From NCBI RefSeq assembly GCF_006345805.1, contig NC_043026.1:992001-1056000 (forward strand): a stretch of 64,000 nucleotides of DNA, given 5' to 3'. Source of the stretch: Octopus sinensis (lineage: Eukaryota). The first letter of the stretch is position 1. The number at the start of each line of letters is the position of its first letter. Positions 12,657 to 25,985 of this stretch are shown one piece after another. The notes below the pieces were generated by a model that saw only the letters and a program-made list of their open reading frames with translations, was not told where the DNA came from and searched no databases. The translations under genes and the position numbers were made by a program.

Positions 12657-13280
12657 AGAGATCCCCCTTGGTGATGAATGACCATGGGATTGCATCTAGA
12701 AAGTTACCCTCCCAGGCACAAGTGTGGGCAGGGTTGTTTATGGAAGACCAGCAGTCACCCATGCATACCAGCCTCACTTCTCCGTGTACATAGAGTAATG
12801 GGTAAAGACCCCCTTCACTCAGGACTGACCATGGGATTTCACCTAGAAAGTTCCCTTCCGAGGCACAAGTCCAGGCAGGGTTGTTTATGGAAGACCAGCA
12901 GTCGCCCATGCATACCAGCCTCGCTTCTCTGTGTACATAGAGTAATGGGTAAAGACCCCCTTCTTTCATGAATGACTATGGGATTTCACCTAGAAAGTTC
13001 CCTTCCAAGGCACAAGTCCAGGCAGGGTTGTTTATGGAAGACCAGCAGTCACCCATACATACCAGCTTCCTCTCTCCCTGCCACCGATGTTATCCAAGGG
13101 AAAGGCAAAGGGGCCGATACAGCTTGGCACTGGTGATGAAGCAAATCGTTTCTAATGCTGAGTGAACTGGAGCAACTGGAAATAAAGAGTCTTGCTCAAG
13201 AACACAACACACAACCTGGTCTGGGAATCGAAACTCACTACCATAAGATTGCAAGCCCAATGCCCTAATCACTAAGCTTT
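12657..13280 (-). mobile_element. SINE family D with triplicated 147-bp 3' segment
   Basis: TAGAAAGTT recurs at 12697, 12844 and 12991. tRNA-like head at ~13195-13280. A non-duplicated relative lies at 55205-55530. Confidence 0.75.
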
Positions 13281-14129
13281 CACAAACTACAATATAGAAG
13301 TAATGTATTTCATCTTTATCTTCTATCAGGTCATGCATACATATACAAACACACATACACACATAAAAAAACACACATGGACATGCAAGCACATGAATAT
13401 ACAGAATACATACATACAGATGTACACACATACATATATACAAATGCATACACACACATATATGCATACACACACATGCATGCATACATAAATACATGGT
13501 GGCTGCCCCCTCATTATTGAGTTTGGTCATTGCACGAAGCTTAATCAATGTTGTTATCATGCAATGCCTGTGCAAGAGGATTTTTTTTTAAAGTGAGGAA
13601 AGGCTGTGCACTGAGTCAACCCCACTCCCTAAACAACAGTAGCCATAATCCGAAAAGAAGAACAAGTCAACATCATCGGTAACCACTGAGCCACAGGTTT
13701 TATGTCAGAGTTATCCCAGTTACCTGAGATACCTTCTCCTAGAGGGATGCCCTAACAAAGGCTGGGAGTCCTTCACTCCCAATGGTTTAACCGCGCGATC
13801 GGGTATTCAGTCCGATTATTTCTATGTCCCCGTGCATACATACATATATACATACATACATGCATGCATGCATGCATAGGCATACACACACACTGACCCA
13901 CAAACAAACAAAAGGGAACGCAGTGTAAATAACGGACAGAGTCAAGACTATTGAAAAGGTTGCAAGACGCAACGAAAATTTTAGGAAAATAAAAATAAGA
14001 AATAAGTGGAAATCTAACCGGTGAGTGTGTTAAATAATAAGGCACTAAAAGAGAATAACTCTCCCCAGACACAACAGAAATGTCTAATTGTTTATAGTTT
14101 GGTCAAGAAACTTGTCATACAGGATGTAG

Positions 14130-14515
14130 ACCTTGTCATCAACATTGTTCAACCGTGGTCGAGACAATGGAATTTACCATGCTACGCCAGACTTCACGGT
14201 CCATCATAGCATTACGGAGGTCCTGTTGCTGGATGCCTGAATCCCTGGAGATTACATCAGGGTATGAGAGTGTGCGCCCTCTGGTATCGCGAGCAGATGG
14301 CTTCCAGAGGAGAAGAGTAGAAATTACCTCGTTTTCAGCTCTACAACAATGTCCAGCAAGCTGGGCTCTCCTACCTTTCACAAGAGATGACACAGGTGGT
14401 AGTTTCCCATATATTTGTACTTTGGTTGGATATTGCTTCCACGAGAGATTTTGAGCTCTCATAAGGAGGCGAGTGTAAGTTCCATCCAACCGCCTCTCAA
14501 GTCCTTGTATGTTTG
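14130..14515 (-). pseudogene. 5'-truncated LINE ORF2 C-terminus (RTE/RTE-X-like)
   Basis: LERRLDGTYTRLLMRAQNLSWKQYPTKVQIYGKLPPVSSLVKGRRAQLAGHCCRAENEVISTLLLWKP...GRTLSYPDVISRD...DREVWR resembles RTE-group C-termini. Confidence 0.75.
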
Positions 14516-14769
14516 GCTATGATGTTTTGTGTTACCACAATCATCCACCAGGTGGTGCATCACTACTGCTATATTTTTGTTGTCATCCACTCACTGCAAA
14601 TCGCAGAGAGGTGAATGAAAGTTTAACGTTCCTTCAATCTTTCTAGAAGGATTTTTCCTTTAGATACTTAATTTTAAAAAATATTTCTTAAAGGTAACAC
14701 AGTCATTAAACTATGTAAGACTTATAATCAGGTGTGGATTATGTAATGCATATATATATATATATATAT

Positions 14770-15246
14770 AGTTGGCTTCTTTCAGTTTCCATCTACAAAT
14801 TAAAATCACAAGGCTTTGGTTGGTCTGCAGCCATAGTAGAAGACATTTGCCCAAGGTGCCATGCAGTGGGACTGAACCTGGAGCCATCTGGTTGGTAAGC
14901 AAGCTACATACCACACAGCCACCTGTGCACCTATGAGATATAATGAGATGATGTGACCTCCCCACATAACTGCCGACATACTGTAAGCAGTACTTGGTCC
15001 CTTGACCTGCCAGAGATAGCAGTTATCTCTCTCTCTCTCTCTTCTCACACACACACAATTCATACTTGGCTGTTTTAAGCAAAGACAATATCAGCATCAT
15101 CATCATAGAATAATATCCACTTTTTTCATGGTTCCAGGTTCAATCCCACTGCATGGCACCTTGGAAGTGCCTTCTACTATAGCCTTGGGCCAACCAAAGC
15201 CTTGTGAGAGGATTTCGGAGATGGACACTGAAAGAAGCCCATTATA

Positions 15247-15315
<69 letters not shown>

Positions 15316-15512
15316 CATGCGTGTGTGTGCAGGTGCCACTGAAAAGCACCCAGTCCATATCATGGCCTTGTTTCAGTTTTGTTCTCCCAAATTCACTCAC
15401 AAGGCTTTGGTTGGCCCAAGACTACAGCAGAAGACAGCTGCAAGGTACCATGCAGCGGGACTGAACCCAGAACCATTCGCCTGGGAAGTAAGCTTCTCAC
15501 CACATAGCCATG
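14770..15512. mobile_element. Cluster of three SINE family A head halves in alternating orientation (-,+,-)
   Basis: Homologous blocks at ~14770-14930 (-), ~15125-15245 (+) and ~15370-15512 (-). Confidence 0.7.
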
Positions 15513-15579
15513 TCTGCATATCTTTTGTCTGCATATATTAATTTAAATGTGTATATTTTGCGAGTTCCACACACACACC

Positions 15580-16722
15580 ATATATAGGTGTGTATATATG
15601 TTATATATAATATATATATATATATAATATATGTATATATATAGTATATATGTATATATATAATGTAATATGTATATATATATATGTATATATGTATATA
15701 TATATATATATATAACATATATATACATATTATATACACATATATACATATATACATATATATATAATATATATATACACCACACACATACACACAGATA
15801 TATATACATATATACATATATATATCTGTGTATATATTATCATATATATATATATGTATATGTATAGATATAGATATATATATATATATATATATATATA
15901 CCACAGAATATATATATATATATACATATATATATTATATCTGTGTGTGTATATATATATAATATATATATATATTTATATATATAGATATATATCTGTG
16001 TGTGTATATATATATACATATATATATATATATTTATATATATATAATCTGGTGTGTTATATAATATACATATATATTATATTTATATATATATATGCTG
16101 TGTGTGTATATATAATATATTATATATATATATATCTGTGTATGTATATATATATATATATATATATAGATAGATATATACACACACACACACATACACA
16201 CAGATATATATATACATATGTATATATATATTCATTATATATACATATGTATATATCGCTGCCTTAATAGTGCTGTTTTGTTTGGCGCTTTTGGCAATGT
16301 GACCAAAATTTTGTTTGACTAAACTCTGCCTGGATTGAAATTTCATATACATAGTAGCTGTTTGCCAACAACTGACGGTGAAGAGGTCTGTAGGGGTCGG
16401 TGGGGTCGGGTGGGGTGGGGGGCTGCCACTTCCAATTGATCGAAACACACAAAAAATGAAGTCGGTTTGACTCACGCTGCGCGAGCAGCTCTCTATCGCT
16501 GTGTTTCTTATCTTTAGGTACAAACATGGCCATGGTGTAGTTTTTTTGAATACGTACATGCGTATGTACATACGTACATTACATACATACATACATAGAT
16601 ATATATATACACACACACGCACACATGTATATATATGTATATAATGATGTATATGCATATATATATATATATGTGTGTGTGCGAGTGTGTATGTATATAT
16701 ATATATAATATATATGTATGTC

Positions 16723-16765
<43 letters not shown>

Positions 16766-16767
16766 TG

Positions 16768-16802
<35 letters not shown>

Positions 16803-17400
16803 CACACCACACACATATATATAGATTGATAGATAGATAGATAGATATAGATATATACCCATACATACATATACACAGACATATCTATACATATATATAT
16901 ATTATATATTATATATATATATATTATAAATATACATACACACACCTACATACATATGTGCATATACTTATATATATGTATGTATATATACATACACATA
17001 CATATATGCATATTGATATATACGTATGCACATACATACATACACACAAACATGTATGTACACATACATATGTATATATATATATATCTCACACATACAT
17101 ACATGCATATAGATATATACGTATGTACATATATACACACACACATGCACACACACACACACACACATACATACATACATATATACATACACACACATAC
17201 ATATATCACACATGTACATATATGCATATAGATATATATGCATGTATAGATATATACGAATGTACATATATACACACACACACGCACACACATACATACA
17301 TATATACATACACACACATATATATCACACACGTACATATATGCATATAGATACATATGTACGTACATACATACACACACACACACGGACACACACACAT
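15580..17400. repeat. (TA)n/(CA)n-rich microsatellite field around a short unique island (16255-16560)
   Basis: Direct reading of the sequence. Confidence 0.85.
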
Positions 17401-17614
17401 ATCCTGTTTACAACACTAGCACAGCTTTTGATTTGTGATTGAACTTAATCTTATGAAATCATCGCCGTGGCATACCAGCAAATGGTTCTTACAGCCATAA
17501 TCTAGGGATTAAATTTTAAGAGACTGTGGAAGATATCATCATTTAATAAACCTAGAAAATAAGGCATGTATGGGAGTGTGGCCCAGGATATCGCTCTGCA
17601 ACCCTATGGTTCCA

Positions 17615-17787
17615 AGGGCCTTGGCGTTAGGAAGGGCATCCAGCTGTAGAAACTCTGCCAGATCAAGATTGGAGCCTGGTGGTGCAGCCATCTGGTTCGC
17701 CAGCTCTCAGTCAAAATCGTCCAACCCATGCTAGCATGGAAAGCGGACGTTAGATGATGATGATGGTGATGATGATGATGATGATGA
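17615..17787 (+). mobile_element. RTE 3' terminus with (GAT)n tail
   Basis: Near-identical to the reverse complement of 20997-21125. Confidence 0.8.
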
Positions 17788-18137
17788 TCCTGCCATGTGG
17801 CACTTTGAGCAAGTGCCAAACTTCATCACGTGCTGCAAGGTCTTTGTAAACAAAGGGTTTGTTCATATGGTGTCATTTGTTTGTTTTTTTGCTATGTTTT
17901 TGGGGGGTGGGGGGGTTGTTTAATGTATAAACATGTCCAGGGTGTTTGCTCTTTGCTGTGTGATAGAATGGGTGAATACTGTCTGGTTTAGAAACAGGTG
18001 GCTTGGTAAGGAGGGGATTGATGTCAGGAACGGCTTCAAGCCATAGAAAATAAACTCTGCCCCAAGTTACGCCTGTCTAACCCATGCAGGCATGGGAAAG
18101 TAGACGTAAAATGTTGATAATAATAATGTTCATTATA

Positions 18138-18554
18138 TACTCTTTTACTCTTTTACTTGTTTCAGTCATTTGACTGCGGCCAAGCTGGAGCACCGCCTTT
18201 AGTCGAGTAACTCGACCCCGGGACTTATTCTTTGTAAGCCCAGTACTTATTCTATCGGTCTCTTTTACCGAACCGCTAAGTGATGGGGACGTAAACACAC
18301 CAGCATCGGTTGTCAAGCAATGCTAGGGGGACAAACACACACACACAAATACACACACATACACACACATATATATATATATATACATATAGACAACAGG
18401 CTTCTTTCAGTTTCCGTCTACCAAATCCACTCACAAGGCATTGGTCGGCCCGAGGCTATAGCAGAATACACTTGCCCAAGGTGCCACGCAGTGGGGCTGA
18501 ACCCAGAACCATGTGGTTGGTTAGCAAGCTACTTACCACACAGCCACTCCTGCG
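18138..18554 (-). mobile_element. Full-length tRNA-derived SINE family A
   Basis: Head ggagtggctgtgtggtaag (A-box-like) and ggttcagccc (B-box-like), internal TA/CA tract, tail aaacaagtaaaagag repeats. Confidence 0.85.
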
Positions 18555-18601
18555 TATATATAATGACGGGCAAATTCATGAAGCGTTCCATATTTCTAGG
18601 T

Positions 18602-19014
18602 GCAGGAGTAGCTGTGTGGTAAGTAGCTTGCTTACCAACCACATGGTTCCAGGTTCAGTCCTACTGCGTGGCACCTTGGGCAAGTGTCTTCTACTATAGC
18701 CTCGGGCCGACCACTGCTTTGTAAGCGGATTTGGTAAACAGAAACTGAAAGAAGCCCATCGTATCATCATCATCATCGTTTAACGTCCGCTTTCCATGCT
18801 AGCATGGTGCATATGTTTGTGTGTCTGTGTTTGTCCCCCTAGCATTGCTTGACAACTGATGCTGGTGTGTTTATGCCCCCGTAACTTAGCGGTTCGGAAA
18901 GCGACCGATAGAATAAGTATTAGGTTTACAAAGAGTAAGTGCTGGGGTTGATTTGCTCGATTAAAGGCAGTGCTCCAGCATGGCCACAATCAAATGACTG
19001 AAACAAGTAAAAGA

Positions 19015-19015
<1 letters not shown>
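18602..19015 (+). mobile_element. SINE family A, head-to-head with the previous copy; interrupted by an RTE tail fragment (~18763-18805)
   Basis: Same blocks in the opposite orientation, 47 bp from the minus-strand copy. Confidence 0.8.
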
Positions 19016-19069
<54 letters not shown>

Positions 19070-19750
19070 TACACACACATATAGATAGATATATAGATAG
19101 AGAGAGAGATGGGCATTTAGATATGGATACATAGGTATAAAGAGTGTGTGTGTATGTGTGTGTGTGTGTGTGCCTTTGTGTCTGTCCCCACAACCATTTG
19201 ACAAGCCTGTATTGGTTAATTTACATCCTCACACAGAACTTGGGGCTTTAGCAAAAGAATCCCTGATAGCTGAAGTACCAGGCTTTAAAAGCAAAATGAA
19301 TACTGTCGCCAATTTGTTCTGCATGAAACCCGCAGAGGAGGTGCCCCAGCATGGCCACAGTCCAACAACAGAAACGACATAAACAAGAAGATAAAAAGAC
19401 AAAACAGAAAAAAAAGAGACTGAAAAGACGAAAGACAAAAAATACGAGACAGTAAGAAAGAAAATTCAAGGGTTATTTGGTTGCTATTTCTAGCAATCCG
19501 ACTGACCATGTAGGAGCATCCACTTTCTTTTATTCAAAGTCATTGTATTTATGTAAGATGCAAGAAACAAGCTTCATTTTCTGCTTCTCTGGAGTTCTGG
19601 TGGTCGTTGTTATTTTTCATTTTTTTATTATTTTCTCCCTCTTGTAATGGTTCTTACTCTTATTGACTTTTGCAGCTCTCCCTATATTCATTCACCTTCT
19701 CTCTCTGCAGCATATCTTTTCTCTCTCTCTCTCCATATATATATATGTAT

Positions 19751-19788
<38 letters not shown>

Positions 19789-19939
19789 TATTTATCTATT
19801 GTTTGTTCTGTGCCAATCTGCAGCTATTGAAGTAGAGTGGATAAAGTCGACCGCACACACAACAATCTCTTGACATTCATCGCAGTCTAGTCTGATATGA
19901 CATTCAAGTAAATAGCTAAAAACAAAATTGTATTTGGTG

Positions 19940-20222
19940 TATGTACGTACGCATGTGTGTGTGTATGTATGTACATATGTATGTATGTATGTATGTATGT
20001 ACATATGCATGTATGTATGTATGAATGTATGAATGTATGTATGTATGTATGTACGTATGTATGTATGAATGTATGTGTGTATGTATGTATGTGTGTATGT
20101 GTGTATGTATGTATGTATGTATGTATGTACGTATGTATGTATGTATGAATGTATGTATGTACGTATGTATGTATGTACGTATGCATGTGTGTATGTACGT
20201 ATGCATGTGTGTATGTACGTAC

Positions 20223-20253
<31 letters not shown>

Positions 20254-20340
20254 TGTACGTACATATGCATGTATGTATGTATGTATGTATGTACGTACAT
20301 ATGCATGTATGTATGTATGTATGTACGTACATGTACGTAC

Positions 20341-20371
<31 letters not shown>

Positions 20372-20408
20372 CGTACATATGTATGTATGCATGTATGTAT
20401 GTACGTAC

Positions 20409-20439
<31 letters not shown>

Positions 20440-20450
20440 TGTATGTAGAC
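19940..20450. repeat. (ATGT)n compound microsatellite
   Basis: Direct reading of the sequence. Confidence 0.9.
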
Positions 20451-20978
20451 TCGTACACATATGCGGGTTACTGTGCATATAATATATATAAACATACATG
20501 TGTATGTATATATCCATATACATACATACACAAATATACATATAGATGTATATGTTTATATGCATTAAGCATATATATGTCTGTGTGTGCGTGTGTGTGC
20601 ACGCGTGTATCTTTGTATGACTTTTTGTCTATAAAGATCTGTGTATATGCATGTGTATGTATGTATATATATATGTGTGTGTGTGTGTGTCTATATATAT
20701 ATATACACATACGTATATATGTGCATGAATGTATATGTATACATATACATAATATACATGCATATATATCCATACACACACACATTTATACATCCATATC
20801 CACACACATATACATACACATATAAATATATATATATATATATATATGCATGTATGTATGCATGTATGTATGTATTGAAAATAGCATGTGTAAATGGATG
20901 ACAGGTCTTTTCCATGTAACACAGCGAGGTACTCAATACACCAATGCAGAGTGTCTAAGAGCTCAGTATATATATATA

Positions 20979-22677
20979 CATCATCATCATCATCATTTAA
21001 TGACCGCGTACCATGCTAGCATGGGTTGGACGATTTAGACTGAGGGCTGGCGAACCAGATGGCTGCACCAGGCTCCAATCTTGATCTGGCAGAGTTTCTA
21101 CAGCTGGTTGCCCTTCCTAATGCCAACCACTCCGAGAGTGTAGTGGGTGCTTTTTATGTGCCACCACCATAGGGGCCAGTCAGGCGGTACTGGCAATGAC
21201 CTTGCTTGAATCTTTTTACATATGCCACCGGCACAGGTGCCAGTAAGGCGATGCTGGTAACAATCATGCTCGAATGGAACTCTTTTACGTGCCACCGGCA
21301 CGGGAAGCCAGTTGGCTGCTCTGGTAACGATCACGCTCGGATGGTGCTCTTGGCACTCTACTAGCACGGGCACCAATGCCAGTAAACAACGCTGGTAATG
21401 ATCACACTCAAATGGTGCCTTTTGGCATGGAAGCCGGTTAGCTGCTCTGTCAATGATCACACTCATATGGTGCTCTTTGCACCCCACTAGTCATCGGATT
21501 TGATTTTGATTTTACTTGCCTCAACAGGTCTTCGCAAACAGAGTTTAGTGTCCAAAGAAAGAAAAGGTATGCATAAGTGGGCTGGTTACGCTCCTAGCAT
21601 AGGCCACAGATTATAGTCTCATTTGGCTTGCCGGGTCTTCTCAAGCACAGCATATTTCCAAAAGTCTTGGTCATTAGTCATATCCCTGGTGAGGCCTAAA
21701 GTTCAAAGGTCGTGCTTCACCACTTCATCCCAGGTCCTCCTGGGTCTACCTCTTCCACAGGTTCCCTCAACCACTAGGGTGTGGCACTTTTTCACACAGC
21801 TATCCTCATCCATTCTCGCTACATGACCATTCCAGCGCAGTCGTCTCTCTTGCACACGACATCTGATGCTTCTTAGCTCCAACTTTTCTCTCAAGGTACT
21901 TACACTCTGTCGAGTATGCACACTGACATTACACATCCATCGGATCATATTGGCTTCATTCCTTGTGAGCTTACGCATGTCCTCAGCAGTCACAGCCCAT
22001 GTTTCACTGCCATGTAGCATGGCTGTTCATACACATGCGTCATACAGTCTACCTTTTACTCTGAGCGAGAGGCCCTTTGTCACCAGCAGGGTAAGAGCTC
22101 TCTGAACTTTGCCCAAGATATTCTTATTCTAGCAGCTACACTTTCAGCGCACCCTCCTCCGCTACTGACTTGGTCACCTAGGTAACGGAAGCTATCAACT
22201 ACTTCTAGTTTTTCTCCCTGGAATGTGGCAGAAGTTGTTCTCTGTGCGTTGTCAGTGTTTATTGCTCCCAAGCATCTGCCACATATAAAAACTATCTTCC
22301 CAATTGGCCTTCCTTTGATATTACTGCACCTCTTATGTGTCCATAGCTTAACTGGGTACATCTTATAGAGTTTCTACCTACACCACTAATACAGATCGAG
22401 CAGGGCCATCTACCTGAAGGGATTTGTAGTTTGTCTGCCTTCCTGCTTATTAGGACTTTAATTTTAGCAAGGTTGACTCTAAGGCCCTTTGATTCTAATC
22501 CTTGTTTCCACACTTGAAACTTCTCCTCTAGTTCTGATAGTGACTCAGCAATTAGAGCAAGGTCATCAGCATAGAGGAGCTCTCAGGGGCATCCTGTCTT
22601 GAATACCTCCGTTATTGCCTGGAGGACTATGATAAATAGGAGAGGGCTGAGGACTGAACCTTGGTGGACCCCTTGGT
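20979..22677 (-). mobile_element. 5'-truncated RTE-clade LINE (RT domain to 3' tail), pseudogenised
   Basis: QGVHQGSVLSPLLFIIVLQ, ELLYADDLALIAES, LRVNLAKIKV, LEVVDSFRYLGD, HGSETW, RRLRWNGHVARM, GRGRPRRTWDEVV; in-frame stop and frameshifts; internally repetitive 3' UTR; (GAT)n tail at 20979-20996. Confidence 0.92.
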
Positions 22678-22789
22678 ATACACACATACAAACACACACA
22701 TGTACTTATTTATATATCAACCTCGGTTCCGGTTCTTCCTAGTATATGTCTTCAGATATATCGTGCCATTATTGGATTGATTAGGAGGA

Positions 22790-23000
22790 GGTAGTTGAGG
22801 CCAAAGCCAGTCCAGGCCGTCCATTGTCAATGGAGTTGACATTTATCTAGAACTGTCATGCGTGGGTGTCTATACGCGAAGTATGAGTAGAGGTAGGAAA
22901 TTCCAGAAGGCTAAGGTCCTGAGGAGATTAAGTGGGTTTAGTGGTTGAGGCAGAGAATGGCACTTGGAAAAAGTATGGACGATGAATGAAATAGACATGA
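22790..23000 (-). pseudogene. Possible ancient CR1/L2-group LINE 3' fragment
   Basis: HSLPQPLNPLNLLRTLAFWNFLP followed, after a frameshift, by QF*INVNSID loosely matches the 'RT..LWN.LP...FK..VN' C-terminal motif. Confidence 0.35.
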
Positions 23001-23124
23001 TGATTTAGAAATGCTAGAGGAGAGGTGTTAGGGAACCAACCACCACTGAAGAGCAGAAATGATATGGAGCCAACTACTTCTGAAGAGCAGAGGTGACATG
23101 AAACCAACCATATTTATTTGTTGT

Positions 23125-25645
23125 ATCAAACAACAAATAGTGTGAAGTAATAACCACCTTGTTTATTAAACAACAAATAGTGTGAAGTAATAACCACCTT
23201 GTTTATCAAACAACAAATAGTGTGAAGTAATAACCAACTTGTTTATCAAACAACAAATAGTGTGAAGTAATAACCACCTTGTTTATTAAACAAAAAATAG
23301 TGTGAAGTAATAACCACCTTGTTTATCAAACAACAAATAGTGTGAAGTAATAACCACCTTGTTTATTAAACAAAAAATAGTGTGAAGTAATAACCACCTG
23401 TTTATCAACACAAATAGTGTGAAGTAATAACCACCTTGTTTATTAAACAAAAAATAGTGTGAAGTAATAACCACCTTGTTTATTAAACAACAAATAGTGT
23501 GAAGTAATAACCACCTTGTTTATCAAACAACAAATAGTGTGAAGTAATAACCACCTTGTTTATCAAACAACAAATAGGGTAAAATAATAACCACCTTGTT
23601 TATCAAACAACAAATAGTGTGAAGTAATAACCACCCTGTTTATCAAACAACAAATAGTATGAAGTAATAACCACCTTGTTTATCAAACAACAAATAGTCT
23701 GAAGTAATAACCACCTTGTTTATCAAACAACAAATAGTGTGAAGTAATAACCACCTTGTTTATCAAACAACAAATAGTGTGAAGTAATAACCACCTTGTT
23801 TATCAAACAACAAATAGTGTGAAGTAATAACCACCCTGTTTATCAAACAATAAATAGTGTGAAGTAATGACCATCTTGTTTATCAAACAAACAGTGTGAA
23901 GTAATAACCACCCTGTTTATCAAACAACAAATAGTGTGAAGTAATAACCACCTTGTTTATTAAACAACAAATAGTGTGAAGTAATAACCACATTGTTTAT
24001 TAAACAACAAATAGTGTGAAGTAATAACCACCTTGTTTATTAAACAACAAATAGTGTGAAGTAATAACCACCTTGTTTACTAAACAACAAATAGTGTGAA
24101 GTAATAACCACCTTGTTTATCAAACAATAAATAGTGTGAAGTAATAACCACCTTGTTTATCAAACAACAAATAGTGTGAAGTAATAACCACCTTGTTTAT
24201 TAAACAACAAATAGTGTGAAGTAATAACCACCTTGTTTATCAAACAATAAATAGTGTGAAGTAATAACCACCTTGTTTATTAAACAAAAAATAGTGTGAA
24301 GTAATGACCATCTTGTTTATCAAACAAACTGTGTGAAGTAATAACCACCCTGTTTATCAAACAACAAATAGAGTGAAGTAATAACCACCTTGTTTATTAA
24401 ACAACAAATAGTGTGAAGTAATAACCACCTTGTTTATTAAACAACAAATAGTGTGAAGTAATAACCACCTTGTTTATCAAACAATAAATAGTGTGAAGTA
24501 ATAACCACCTTGTTTATTAAACAAAAAATAGTGTGAAGTAATAACCACCTTGTTTATCAAACAACAAATAGTGTGAAGTAATAACCACCTTGTTTATTAA
24601 ACAACAAATAGTGTGAAGTAATAACCACCTTGTTTATTAAACAACAAATAGTGTGAAGTAATAACCACCTTGTTTATCAAACAACCAATAGTGTGAAGTA
24701 ATAACCACCTTGTTTATCAAACAACAAATAGTGTAAAGTAATAAACACCTTGTTTATTAAACAACAAATAGTTGAAGTAATAACCACCTCATTTATCAAA
24801 CAACAAATAGTGTGAAGTAATAACCACCTTGTTTATCAAACAACAAATAGTGTGAAGTAATAACCACCTTGTTTATCAAACAACAAATAGTGTGAAGTAA
24901 TAACCACCCTGTTTATCAAATAACAAATAGTGTGAAGTAATAACCACCTTGTTTATCAAACAACAAATAGTGTGAAGTAATAACCACCTTGTTTATTAAA
25001 CAACAAATAGTGTGAAGTAATAACCACCTTGTTTATCAAACAATAAATAGTGTGAAGTAATAACCACCTTGTTTATTAAACAAAAAATAGTGTGAAGTAA
25101 TAACCACCTTGCTTATCAAACAACAAATAGTGTGAAGTAATAACCCCCTTGTTATTAAACAACAATAGTGTGAAGTAATAACCACCTTGTTTTTAAACAA
25201 CAAATAGTGTGAAGTAATAACCACCTTGTTTATCAAACAACCAATAGTGTGAAGTAATAACCACCTTGTTTATCAAACAACACAAATAGTGTAAAGTAAT
25301 AAACACCTTGTTTATTAAACAACAAATAGTTGAAGTAATAACCACCTCATTTATCAAACAACAATAGTGTGAAGTAATAACCACCTTGTTATCAAACAAC
25401 AATAGTGTGAAGTAATAACCACTTGTTTATCAAACAACAAAATAATATGTGAAGTAATAACCACCCTGTTTATCAAATAACAAATAGTGTGAAGTATAAC
25501 CACCTTGTTTATCAAACAACAAATAGTGTGAAGTTATAACCACCTTCTTTATCAAACAACAAATAGTGTGAAGTAATAACCACCTTGTTTATCAAACAAC
25601 AAATAGTGTGAAGTAATAACCACCCTGTTTATCAAACGACAAACA
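23125..25645. repeat. 40-bp minisatellite, ~63 copies
   Basis: Unit AAACAACAAATAGTGTGAAGTAATAACCACCTTGTTTAT(C/T); copy number estimated as ~2520/40. Confidence 0.97.
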
Positions 25646-25711
25646 GTTCAGGCATATTTACACCAAGAAATGGAGAGAAAAAAAGAAACAATACCGTATG
25701 AATGAGCCATT

Positions 25712-25985
25712 TCATCATCATCATAATCATTTAGCGTCCGTTTTCCATGCTAGCATGGGTTGGACGGTTCTACTGGGGTCTGTGAAGCCAGAAGGCTTCA
25801 TCAGGCCCAGTGAGATCTGGCAGTGTTTCTACGGCTGGATGCCCTTCCTAACGCCAACCACTCCGTGAGTGTAGTGGGTGCTTTTTACCTGCCACCCGCA
25901 CAGGTGCCAGTCAGAGCTGGCAAACGGCCACGAACGGATGGTGCTTTTACGTGTCACCAGCACGGGGGCCAATGCAACATGTGCA
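25712..25985 (-). mobile_element. RTE 3' UTR fragment
   Basis: (CAT)n followed by ttagcgtccgttttccatgctagcatgggttggacgg...ggatgcccttcctaacgccaacc. Confidence 0.8.

Noticed and set aside
12661-13075. 147-bp period as a nucleosome-positioning design
   Set aside because: Three units with no linker allowance; the match to nucleosome core length is most likely coincidence.
19792-19915. Possible minus-strand exon YLLECHIRLDCDECQEIVVCAVDF after a TTTTGTTTTTAG acceptor
   Set aside because: No convincing donor, no recognisable homolog and no partner exons.
23125-25645. CRISPR array
   Set aside because: Units are head-to-tail with no unique spacers, there are no cas genes, and the context is eukaryotic.
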